DNA of 64,000 nucleotides, from positions 19,096,001-19,160,000 of the forward strand of contig NW_026262615.1 in the NCBI RefSeq assembly GCF_021869535.1. Reading direction: 5' to 3'. The DNA is from Mytilus californianus. Lineage: Eukaryota. The notes beneath the pieces are model-generated. The model worked only from the letters and a program-made list of their open reading frames with translations, was not told the origin of the DNA and searched no databases. The translations under genes and the position numbers were made by a program. Below, piece after piece: positions 47,281 through 58,599 of the stretch (within the stretch, counting starts at the first letter, position 1; each line of letters begins with the position of its first letter).

Positions 47281-47536
47281 TACATGGTAGAACTGTCAGA
47301 ATTTGTTACATGGTAGAACTGTCAGAATTTGTTACATGGTAGAACTGTCAGAATGTGTTACATGGTAGAACTGTCAAAATTTATTACATAGTAGAACTGT
47401 CAGAATTTGTTACATGGTAGAACTGCCAGAATTTGTAACATGGTAGAACTGTCAGAATTTGTTACATGGTAGAACTGTCAGGATTTGTTACATGGTAGAA
47501 CTGTCAGAATTTGTAACATGGTAGAACTGCCAGAAT
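47281..47536 (+). repeat. 26-bp minisatellite, ~10 copies
   Basis: Unit TACATGGTAGAACTGTCAGAATTTGT; an isolated unit lies at 46962-46984. Confidence 0.93.
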
Positions 47537-49739
47537 GCGATAGTAGGTTACTGATGTTGAAATATCGATAATCTAATTAGAAGAGACAAATCAAGGCAAC
47601 ATACACAAACCAAGGGAATAATTCTAAAAGGAGCTAGACCGGGTCCGTCGACATGGTAAGCATCTCCTGCTATGCAAGCATCATCCGCCATGCGAATTCA
47701 CATACTTCTATGACAGAAAGTGTAGAACTGTTAAAAAAACTGCGTCTGTCAGCAACTGTTACAAACATGTGGAGGGAATAGATATCAAGTATATTCTAGA
47801 ACAGTTCATGAAAGATTTTAATGTCATTTGATACTTCAAATTGAAACCTCCAAGAAGGTTGAATATGTTTTATATACTTGAATGGCAAAGTTTTACTAAG
47901 TGTACATTGACTTTCTGTTAAAAGAACATCCTTTATTTCATCAAAATCGGCAGAAATTTACCTAAATTAAAATCTTTCCGTATTATGATTAACCAAAAGC
48001 TTTTCCGTATATATGCAGTGATCTTAACCATGACCTATCATAAAACACAGCGCAAAGTTGCAGTTAATCGTGACGAAAGAAAAAGTAAACAATCGTGGAT
48101 AGTATTAATCGATTCTGAAGAAAAAAATAATGCACTAAATCATTGAACAACTGTTATGACAAAGTTCAATTAACAAATAGGTATGCAAGCAAAAATACAA
48201 AAAAGACAAATATACATCGCTCGATCATCTCACTTATTTTTCACGTGCTCAGTATTCTGTGTTGATTATTTATCAAGAGGTAACAATCGGTAAAATTCGG
48301 TAACAGAAGCTGGAAGTTAATATGCAGCTAAAATTGTCGATTTACAATCACAGAATGATTTTTTTTTTGTCGATTATACGTTATGGGTTCGTAATAAATG
48401 TAACCTACATACTTCGTCTAGTATATATGCATGCATTTGTTCAATAATTTCCGTAACATTATAATTACAAGAAACTCGTTTCATATGACTTTAACAGAGG
48501 TCCAATTTGCTAACTGTAACTATGCGCTGTTTGATTTTAATGTTTTTCTATACATTATTGTTTGACCTTATAAACGGAGTTTACTTACTAATATCCTCGT
48601 CGGGTGTATGCCATTTACAATGTTTTTTAATAGAAAAGTAAATCAGAAACCAAAAACTTCAAGCTGCAGAATTGTATTAATATGAAAATAAGACAATAAA
48701 GAGTTGTAATATTTTATTTCCAACGTTAGAATTCATTTCTATACCAGACATATCGATATTGTTTATAATAAGTTAATAGATATGCACATGTTACTAGATA
48801 CCATGGCCATATTCACTGTTCATATGTAAAGATAGTTATCAATAATTAATAGTGACTCAATTGTTTTCTACATATGCTTACTGTTTGGTCTAATTATTGT
48901 ATTATAAACTAGCTCTTGACGACGAACCATACTATTTACGACGGTCTTAGACAATTCTATAACTAAGAGAGACTTACTCTGTCGGCTTCAACCATTAGAA
49001 GTGGTATCACACTTCAAGGGCAAATTATTTTGATTCATAGAATACCGGTCTTTTAAGTAAAAAGTTTTTGGTTTGACACGTCCGGTGATAAAACAAACGA
49101 CCTTTTGTTTAAAAGAGCGAGATATAGTCCTGGATATGGTCAGGAAACAAAATGACGGATATTGCATACAAGGAGTATCCTTTCAATAATTCCTTTTATC
49201 GATATTTTTGGACTTTGTACTGTTTAGTATAGCTTGAAAATGCTACATTACCGACCAACAGCAGTAAATTGAGAGTCTCTGTTGTTTAGAGCACTTTGGT
49301 TGACTTCTGCCATATGGTGAATTAGGTTATATTGCTAGAACTTTGGTAGATTCTAGTTAATTTACTTGCAATTGTCCTTTTCACTCTTCACATATTGTAT
49401 ACAAAAAAAATCTTCAAAGATAACAGATAAGGCATACCATATATTATTTGTATACGCAAAACGCTTATTTCAACTACATTAGACTCACCAGTTACTCTCG
49501 AATCAGCTCGAAAAAAGTTTGAAAGCCCAATTGATAACGAAATTGAAAAGCATTGAAACAAACATACGAAAAAGGTATGTCAGTTCTCGCTAAGGAAGTT
49601 TATGCAAAGTGTTAGTAAAAAACTATGTAATTTGATTGGTTTTAACGTTTTGTAATAGTAAATGTATTTAAACAAATTACCATATTATTGATACTACATT
49701 TCAACACCAGAGCACCAACTATAGGGCTGATAATTTGAT

Positions 49740-49785
49740 ACGCTAGATGCGCGTGTCGTCTTCATAAGACTCATCAATAGCGCTC
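49740..49785 (-). ncRNA. Degenerate family A HHR with compensated stem I
   Basis: Minus strand GAGCGCTA TTGATGA GTCT-TATGA-AGAC GACA CGCGCA T C TAGCGT; core carries C3U and GAAA>GACA. Confidence 0.65.
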
Positions 49786-51204
49786 GAATCAAAACAGTAA
49801 CCGTTCTCTATCCCCGAACTGTATATTGTAAATTCAGAAATGATTGCGATGTATTTATTAATGTGAATAATGCGACTGAGTGCGTTTCGCAATAATAAGT
49901 ACTCGCATTCTGACATCTGATACAAATACCTGTATGTAGAATTTCCTGAAATCGCAATACTTAATTATTTATCTCGAATTTTTCTCAATTCTTCAACAAT
50001 CGTAATAATAAATGCACGCAATAATTTCTGAATTTACAGTATTTCCCTCCAGAATTATTTAGTTATCTATTCAGTATTGATTACAATTAACCTATATCAT
50101 GTCATTATAAATGCATATCAATTTGCAACGATAGTATACTTGTATCCTCAGATCAATTCGGTATAATTTAGATTACAAATACGATTTTCCACTGGATTTA
50201 TTAAACCATTATTTCTCTTATTTCTCTCCACGCGGCATGGCGTGTGTTTAATATTTGTAATCCATTCTATAAATCTGTTCACTATTTATCCAACTTTGCT
50301 CATGCAAATTAATATTGACAAAATAACTTGTTCAGCACTCCCTATCTGATTAATGAGACACACAGTTTCCTACACTTTCAATTATTTTCATATAATGATG
50401 AAAATAGGAATCTAATGAGGATGTAGCACATACAAATAATATACCTGTTGCTTAATTTTCTCTTAGGTGTTGCTTTTATAATACATATAATAGTTATAAA
50501 CAATAATTAAAGCGATTTAAACAAGTATTTCAAAAATCAAAACTATTATCACGTAACTAAGCTCCTTTCAATAATTTATTGTATTGGAAAGTGCAATAAC
50601 AGATGATATTTATCGGAATTTACTGTTCTTTTATATCTAAATAATATCTGCATAACTTCTTTTACTGCCGCATAATTATGGTTCATATTCAAGACATCTA
50701 TTGGACAATTAAAAAGGACTATTTAAAACGTGAAGTGAATGCATTTTTATTATTTTCAAATCGTCATATGATGAATGACGTTGATACTAATCAACGAAGA
50801 TTAACGTTGTATAATTTGGTAGGTGTATACATTACTCGATGGATTATAACAGTTATTTTTGTGGTGCTAAGTTGGTGTCATCCATTTTTTTTTTTTTTTT
50901 TTTTAAAGCAATGTTTGAATTGCCGAATATTTAAATTAAATCTTCTCTCTAAAACATATGAGAATTATTCAGAACTATGCGATATCAAGATATTTCACGT
51001 ATTTCAATGGTAATTATCGATTAACGTTTTCATGTTTTAGAAGATTGAGCGACCGTATCAATTAATATTAGATATGCAAAATGGTATGGGCTCATCATAA
51101 ATATGTTTCAGAGAAATATTTAATCAATTATTTAAAATTTTAGAATCGTTTTAAACAATAAATATGTTACCCTTGGTAGTATTCTTTATGACCATTTGCA
51201 ATAT

Positions 51205-51224
51205 TTTAATTATTTTTCTTTCAG
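51205..51224 (+). promoter_or_regulatory. Candidate splice acceptor upstream of the KCNQ ATG (implies an upstream non-coding exon)
   Basis: Polypyrimidine tract TTATTTTTCTTTCAG ending at 51224, 226 nt before the ATG. An alternative AG lies at 51425-51426. Confidence 0.4.
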
Positions 51225-51450
51225 ATGGATAAACGATTCGATCCATGATCATATGTTGAAAATATTAAAACTGTATCAACTAAAGATATTGAATGGATTT
51301 TCCACAGAATACATGATGACAACAATAACATTATAAATTGATCTGATTTGGAAATGGAGCGATTTGTAAAAGTGTTTATGTTACATCCATTTCTCATTTT
51401 TTATATTGAATTTCCATGATTTATAGTCATTACTCGTTACAAGAGCAGGA

Positions 51451-51872
51451 ATGACTATGACTCGGAAGTCAAACGTTAAACTGACTATTAGCGTGGCGGA
51501 TCAGGGCCATCATGACGACTGTAATGACACTTCAGAATGGAAATTTATTAATCACTCCAGTGATTCGGATGATCTACTCTACTCACCAAAGCACGAACAG
51601 AGTAGGAAATTAAAATTTGATTTCATGGATGTAGACATCGATACAGAAAATAATAGCATTAGCCGAAACGATATAGAAAAGGATCTAAAAGGATTATCGA
51701 AACGCGTTATAGGAAGTAAAAGGTATGCGGAACCACGAATGTCTTTACTCGGAAAACCTCTAAATTACCGTGCTCACAGGAAAGATGCACGAGTTCGAAG
51801 ATTACAAGCACGTATTTATAATTTTCTAGAGAGACCAAAATTATGGGCATCAGTTATTTACCATATAGCTAT
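51451..51872 (+). CDS. KCNQ: First coding exon of a KCNQ/Kv7 voltage-gated potassium channel (cytoplasmic N-terminus to start of S1); rest of gene lies outside the window
   Basis: Translation ends RMSLLGKPLNYRAHRKDARVRRLQARIYNFLERPKLWASVIYHIAM. This matches the KCNQ pre-S1 signature (SLLGKPL, RxQxxxYNFLERP, YH). The ORF runs into the donor AT|GTAAGT at 51873 (phase 2), the same position and phase as intron 1 of vertebrate KCNQ genes. An in-frame TAG at 51424-51426 bounds the ORF upstream. Confidence 0.93.
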
Positions 51873-53797
51873 GTAAGTACTATTATAATTTGCATGAAAT
51901 TAGAAAATTTTCACATTACGTTCCATGTGTCGTTATTGTCATTAAGTCTTCTTTTAGGGAAATGTTACTCAGGTTCCTTTTAATGTCAAAATGATAATGT
52001 TCAGTAACACAGTTAAGTTACCAGTAAAGTTTGTAAAGCGGGTTGCTCATTTAATTGAATTGAAGTAATTTTAAGGCAACTGAAATCGGTTAATTAAGTC
52101 GTTTTCTTAATTTTTCCTTCCATATACATGTATATATTACATTCCCTATAATTAATTTGAAAATATGCACTGTAAAGATCTACTTTTTTCATTACCGAAG
52201 AAACCAAAGAAAAAAGTTAATACAGACAAGAAGATAAAAAATACACATACTGTTGTTAAAAGTTAAGATTGTTTTAATTGCATATTTTCAAACATTTTAT
52301 TTGTAAAGTGTATCACTATTGAAATATACGAAAACTTATCATAGAGTCAGAATATGCCTGAAAGCACAGAAAAAGAGATTAAACATCTAAAGTGTTTGCG
52401 AGAATTTTTTTTTCTTTTTTTTATATTGAATAAATATAACTTAAGATTATCTAGTGCACATTGCTTGAATGCACCAAAATTGTTCTTGAAAAGTAATCAA
52501 GATCCCACATCAGTGCAACTGACTCTTGTGCAATTGAAAGTTGATGTTAAAGTTGCAATGTTAACAATATATTCATTATGATAGGGAGTATAAACATTAA
52601 CGTTTGTAATTCTGAAAAGCTTGAAATATAGATGAGACTGGTCATTACATATCAGCAACAAATGATAACGCTGAGGATTTTGAATGGATCTTAGAACTCA
52701 TTGAATCAAGAAAGGGGTAATGCCCAGCAAGGAATCATACTTGTCGGAGATTCAATGGGTACCAAGAAAACTACGTCTATCGTTATTTTAGGGTTAAGTT
52801 TTTTCCTGTACTGACTTTTATTGTATGTTCATGTATATACAATTTGTTTCTCCGGATGATCATTCTACATGTCCAAAGTCAAGAATCAGAACCTCGTCGT
52901 AAAAGATTTTTACTAATGTCAGGTATCTTGTTGATCTTGAATTTGTCTGTGTTGTCTTTTTTACGCCTTTTCTATATAGATGCACATAATTGATATCATC
53001 ATCTATCATACGTTGTGTTTTGTATACTTTTGTTTTTTTCTTCTTTTTCCTTTTTGCCATGGCGTTCTCAGCTAGTTTGTTTTCGACTTGTAACTTTGAA
53101 AATCACTTTGATATCTTATGCCTCTCTTTTACTTTATAAATTTTACCCCCAGGTATTTCGAATGACGGATACGCTCTTCGACTGCTGCAAAACTGTAAAG
53201 TTAATCATTAAAATGTTCAACCGGGGTCATTACGGTCTGTGCTGAATCTGTTTGTCTTTGAGAGATGAAGAAATCTTGCCGCCCAGAAAGAGAATTGAAT
53301 ATATAAATCTGTTCCTTCAGGCCCGATTGAAACTTTTTCAACCTTATTTCAAAATCTGGTTGCTTTTTAATCAATGAAAAAACTCATATGTATTGCCTAA
53401 TTATAAACTGGGAAACATGAACAATACTGACTTACTGGATTATGGGGAGGTGTGACATGTAAGTGTCACTTTTGGGAAAAGATGTGTAATTTGTTTTACT
53501 TACAATACTGCTGAGAAGCATGGCACTTTGGATTAGTTATAAAAATCTAGCTCCATAACAACATAGACTTAAACATAAATTAAACATGACCTTAATCAAT
53601 TGACGTCTAAAATTGTAAGTTTATCAAATAACATTTGAGCACATAGGACCACATATTCCTTTTAACTGAAATATTAATCGAATTGTCTCTATCTATATTC
53701 ATAACTTTACATATATCAAGTTTTAGGTTCCTTTAGGTATATAGCTCCTCTCGTTTCTACGTATTTATATGTCAATGCTGTCAAATGTTTTAGGTTT

Positions 53798-53841
53798 GAG
53801 CATTCCTGCTGAAGGTAAATCAAGAAAAGCGCTTCAAACGC
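53798..53841 (+). ncRNA. Degenerate family C HHR in the KCNQ intron (sense orientation, A6C)
   Basis: GAGCATTC CTGCTGA AGGTAAATCAA GAAA AGCGCT T C AAACGC. Confidence 0.65.
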
Positions 53842-53940
53842 GTGAAGTTTATCAAGGGTTATTTTCTTACATATTGTTTATTCTACAATCTTCCACAATT
53901 AAAGAAGGTACTCCTATTTTCAGGGGCATAACACCGAAAA

Positions 53941-54159
53941 TTGAAAATGTGTCCATAGGACAACGATGATGCTCCCGCTTGCATAAAACGTTATAAAGTG
54001 GCATAACTCGAGAACGGCAAAAAAAGCATTGTGTATTAGTTTCATAACATGTGTTTAAGGCACACTAAACTTAGATAACGTAAACCTTTTTGGGAGGTAC
54101 GTACGGACGGACAAGGGTAACACTTAATGCTCCCTCTGATGACAGCGGGGGCATAAAAA
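53941..54159 (+). mobile_element. Helentron-associated (HINE/DINE-1/pearl-like) non-autonomous element
   Basis: Subterminal inverted repeat ATGCTCCCGCT / AGCGGGGGCAT, a (GGAC)n-type microsatellite at ~54100, and a 3' stem-loop ATGCTCCC...GGGGGCAT followed by an A-run. Confidence 0.65.
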
Positions 54160-54905
54160 TTACTGATACGTTTTGTCAGTCTTTTCATTAATTTTTGGAA
54201 TCTAGTAACACAGATTACTTTTGTTATTTCTTTACAAGAATGCTAAAAAAGCATTGATGAAACTGATTTTCACAAACGCAGCACCGATTAAAAGATTATC
54301 TCCTACTACCCAAAACTACCCCTTAAACGACAATAACACTTTTTGATATTTCTGTTATAAGTGTGCAATGAAGCTTTTAAGAATTCGAAGTCATCACGAC
54401 ACTTAAAAAATTACATGTTATGTAAAAGCCATACAAATTGACATTTGCTCTGAATACATTTTAAATGCCTCAATTAATTTGAAAAAACACATTCAATTTC
54501 CGGTTACAAGCATCACCAAAGCTCTCGATGTTATATGTAATCTCCGAATGTCACTCTAGCCTTCAAGATATTAGATTAGTTAAAATAATATCGAGTAATG
54601 TTGATATGAATTTTATGAAAAGGGATATAAATTGGCTTAGATTCTTCGAATTTTGACAGCTGCACTAAGATACATTGACGCGTATTTAAATAAATTGTAT
54701 AATTAATTGAACCGATTAATACTAAAACGACAGCATAAGAATAGTATATCATGTGTATGTAAATATTAGAATTAGAAATTATTACCAAGCGAAATTTACA
54801 CTGTCCTAGAACATCGATAAACTACAGTGTCTCCTTAGATTGAATTGGTGGATGATTACTGAAATTTTTGCTAATATACAATAAAATTGTATTTGTCCTT
54901 TGCTT

Positions 54906-55310
54906 TAATAACATAAACGGTACCAATTTTTCTGCACCAGATGCGCATTTCGACAATAAATGTCTCTTCAGTGATGCTCGAGGCCAAAATATTTGAAAAT
55001 TCAAAGCATATTAAAAAGATGAAGAGCTATAAACTAAAAGGGACAAACAAGTAAAGCCAAAGCCGGGCAAGGAATCAGAGCTTTGCATGAGGGAGATACA
55101 TTCCTTAATTTTAAATAATTTTCAAAATTTTGTAACAGCAAATTTTAATAACACAAAATCCGTGTTTTCATGCCAGTACCGAAGTACTGGCTACTGGGCT
55201 AGTGATACCCTCGGGGACTATCAGTTCACCAGCAGAGGCATCGACCCAGTGGTAGCAATAACAAAAACGGTACCATTTGTTCTGCACCAGATGCGCATTT
55301 CGACAATAAA
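54906..55310 (-). mobile_element. Family B non-LTR retrozyme, 350-nt period, one complete and one 5'-truncated HHR
   Basis: AACGGTACCA...TCTGCACCAGATGCGCATTTCGACAATAAA occurs at ~54916-54960 and ~55266-55310 (offset 350). Confidence 0.85.
54934..54979 (-). ncRNA. Intact minimal type I hammerhead ribozyme, family B
   Basis: Minus strand GAGCATCA CTGAAGA GACA-TTTAT-TGTC GAAA TGCGCA T C TGGTGC. Core intact, stem III ATGCGCAT, 6-bp stem I, AUC triplet. Predicted cleavage between 54940 and 54939. Confidence 0.88.
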
Positions 55311-56349
55311 ACTTTTCTAATATAATATTAGAGCATAAAACATATGTATTGTCTATATCAAAGAGGTACATTTTTAGCTTAACAGCAATATACAGTTTAT
55401 GGTACTTTACCTAGTCTTTCTACGATATCACTGTAGGTGGGTCTGATTTCACGGTAAAAAACTGGTGATTGAGTGTTGTTCGCAATAAATAAAACCAATG
55501 GTGGGACATCAGCCTTTTCATTTGCAATTGTTTACTTTTTAAGAATCAATGCTTCCTGAATCCATCGCGGAAATGAATTCACTAAATGATGTTTAATTGT
55601 TTCCTTATTTTGCTTAATTTTATAAAGTTTGAATTGGCTATTTTGTGTTAATTCTTTGCATTGACGGAATTAATTTGACAACCTACCTTCGGCTTTTGTC
55701 GGTTTTTTTGCCATCACTTATATGATATATCATAATGTTCAAAATATTTCATTTTATATGAGGACAAAAACTGGATTCTATTAAAGAAGGACTTCTAATG
55801 TGCCGTCAGTTATCATTTCTAAGAACATATATGTTAGTTTTAAAAATAAACTATACATATTCTAATGAATCGCGCTGCTAGCTCATGGTATCTTTTTAAC
55901 GAACCAACGCTTATCCATCGTTTCTCCTTTATAAATTCTATAGATATAAAATTCCAGTCGCAGGGTAAAGTGTTCACCAGCAATTAATCTGTTTCCCTGT
56001 TGTTCACTCCATCCCAATATAATTATATTACTAGAACATAGTTCAAGATATTATATATCATAATGAATAGCTCATTCAATATATTTACTAATTAATAGAG
56101 CAAACAATGATCTTATCAATAATTTAATTAACATATACCGAGTATAAATGATTACTCATCAAACCAGATCAAACAATAGCTACATTTGTATCGTAAAGAA
56201 AATACTTATATACCGAGGCGTAATGATTAGAATTCACTGATGCGATCTCGAGAAAATACATTTAATGAAAAGATGAAGAAGACAATATTCAAAACGGAAA
56301 CTGATGAGTCGATTATCGTTTTGTTATTTGATACTCGGTAAATTACAGA

Positions 56350-56560
56350 TAAATTCATCATAGATACCAGGATTAAAATGTTGTACGGCAGACGCGCGTT
56401 TCGTATACAAAAGACTCGTCAGTGACGCTCGATTGAAAAAAAGGCCAAATTAAGTACGAAGTAAAACATTGAAGACTCAAAATTTCGAAAGGTTTTGCCA
56501 AATACAGCTAACTTAAAGTAATATATTTCTTGGGTAGACAATCTTTAGTATTTCGAATAA
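56350..56560 (-). mobile_element. Family A retrozyme fragment with HHR 56385-56430 (core intact, stems with single mismatches)
   Basis: Minus strand GAGCGTCA CTGACGA GTCT-TTTGT-ATAC GAAA CGCGCG T C TGCCGT, plus the tail CCTGGTATCTATGATGA. Confidence 0.75.
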
Positions 56561-57294
56561 TTTAAATTTAATAAAAAGAAAGAGGCATTAACAGCGAATA
56601 GCATTCCTAGATGGAACCTCAGAATGTAGGTAAAAAGAAAAAAAAAGATTGATGAATGTTACATGCAAGTTATTACGTAATTTAAATTTTTTTTTGTAAT
56701 TTTCTTATAATATATTAATACTTCAATAACAGCACATGTTCATATATTCATGGATAATTAAAACGTCAAAATGGAATCTGCTTTAGGATTAATGCGATGA
56801 TGTAAGCAATATTTGCGTGCAAAGATATGTTGTATCATTGCTCTCTTTTAATTTAATGGCCGTAGTTCATGTTATTTAAAGGTCAGTTTAAGTTTAACGA
56901 TTGCTGGGAAACAAATTTGAAAACAATAGTGCTTTACACTTTGGTTAAAAATTGGTCCTTTTTAAAAAAACTTTTTTCAAAATTATATACTACGATCAGG
57001 ATCTAGTTTACATAACAGGGAAACTATGAAAAATTAGAAAGAATAGAGAATAATTGAGTGATAAACAATAGATATTAGGGAATGATGGGGTGATAACACA
57101 TGAACATAATATAATTGGCAGAAAAAAAAAAGATTGAGAGACAATTTCCTAAAATATTAAAAAATACAGAAAACGATCCCCTATCTAAACCCTCGCATAC
57201 TGACAAAGATCTAATTTCACAGTAGTCGAAAATGAATTTAAAAGATTTTTTTAAGCTACCTTATCTATGGAAAATCATATTTGCAGTCAATTAA

Positions 57295-57576
57295 GGTGGT
57301 ATATAACACTACAGCGAGATAACTCTGTAAAAATCAGCTGAACGTTTTAATCACGTTCTATAGTTAAGGAAATATTAAGCTTCTCAATGATCGAAATAAG
57401 TGTTTGTCAAACTGCTATATATGCAATGAAATATTTCGGTTAAAGTGTGTGGTTCAAGTTTTTTGAAATTTTTATATTTTTATATTTTTATTAAAGGGTC
57501 AAAGTAAATATTTTGTCAAATTTTTATGAAAATTAAAGGAGCCCAATTAATTTTAGTCAAGGTGTTTGGTACCACC
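57295..57576. mobile_element. Kolobok-like MITE (282 bp, TTAA TSD)
   Basis: TTAA|GGTGGTATATAACAC...GTGTTTGGTACCACC|TTAA. Imperfect 15-bp TIR. GG...CC termini with TTAA TSD fit Kolobok rather than piggyBac. Confidence 0.75.
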
Positions 57577-58599
57577 TTAAGGTCTGATCAGTTTATTTAT
57601 GGACTGTTCAGAAGGTGTAACGTACCTGTTCAAGTCAACAACATACTGAATTTGTTTTAAAAGCTACGTATTAAACAGCGCTTGATTTACTGATAGCATA
57701 ATGTCTGAACAATACTGAATGTACTACAAGAAATTATCTGAATATTACCTAAACTATAAATAAACACGACTTCGCATTTTCAAATTCAAACTTTTCTTAC
57801 GATTTTAAGATCAAAATGGACGTTTCTCATTGGTCATTTGTTAATGTTAGCTACCGCTCCGCTATATAAATAATGTTTCTAATTTGGGGGAAAATATTTC
57901 AACACAACTTAAAAAATGATATTACTTAGTTCCGAATCATACATTAATGTACAACAAGGTCTTGACGGGGATAGTTGATTGGGAGGTAAACTAAATGCGA
58001 ACAAATAAATGACGTCAAATCTCCTATGGTGAACGATCTATGTTTATATTTTACTTTGCAAGATTAAATAAACTTCTGCATATGGAGTATCCAAGTTGAT
58101 ATGATATTCCAAGGCTTACTTTTCCTATCAACGATTTTTTAGATAGATAGTTTTCACTTACAAAGAAGCTACTTACCCTAGGTGTCAAAACGGTAGAGTT
58201 ATGTGTCATCTCTTCCAAAGTAATAAATATTTTTTTAACCGACCGTGCAAGACCCTCATGGGTAGTGAATGTCGTTAGAAACCCTGTTTTTTCATAGATG
58301 ACGATGGATATGTTAAATTTGTCGTAGTTACCATCACATCCCCCTTTCATCGATAATCATCGCATGCACAAGCAACACGACGGATGCCAGACGCCAAGCA
58401 GGATCTGCTCATCCTTCCGGAGCACTTGAGATTGTCACCGGTGTTTTTGGTTGGTGTTTGTTTTAATCAGTCTTTAGTTTTCTATATTGAGTGTTTAGTC
58501 TATTATTTATCTTCTGGTCGGTTTTCGTTTTTTGCCATGTGGTTGTCAGTTTGTCTTCCTCTAATGAGTTTTAATATTCCTTTGATATCTTCTTTTAGA

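Noticed and set aside
47281-47536. 26-bp array as CRISPR or coding repeat
   Set aside because: No spacers; the period is not a multiple of 3; no ORF.
55386-55436. Possible KCNQ exon 2 (reads ...FMVLYLVFLRYHC, flanked by AG and GT)
   Set aside because: It is too short, lacks the CLxLSVxST motif of S1, and the nearer acceptor gives the wrong phase with a stop codon.
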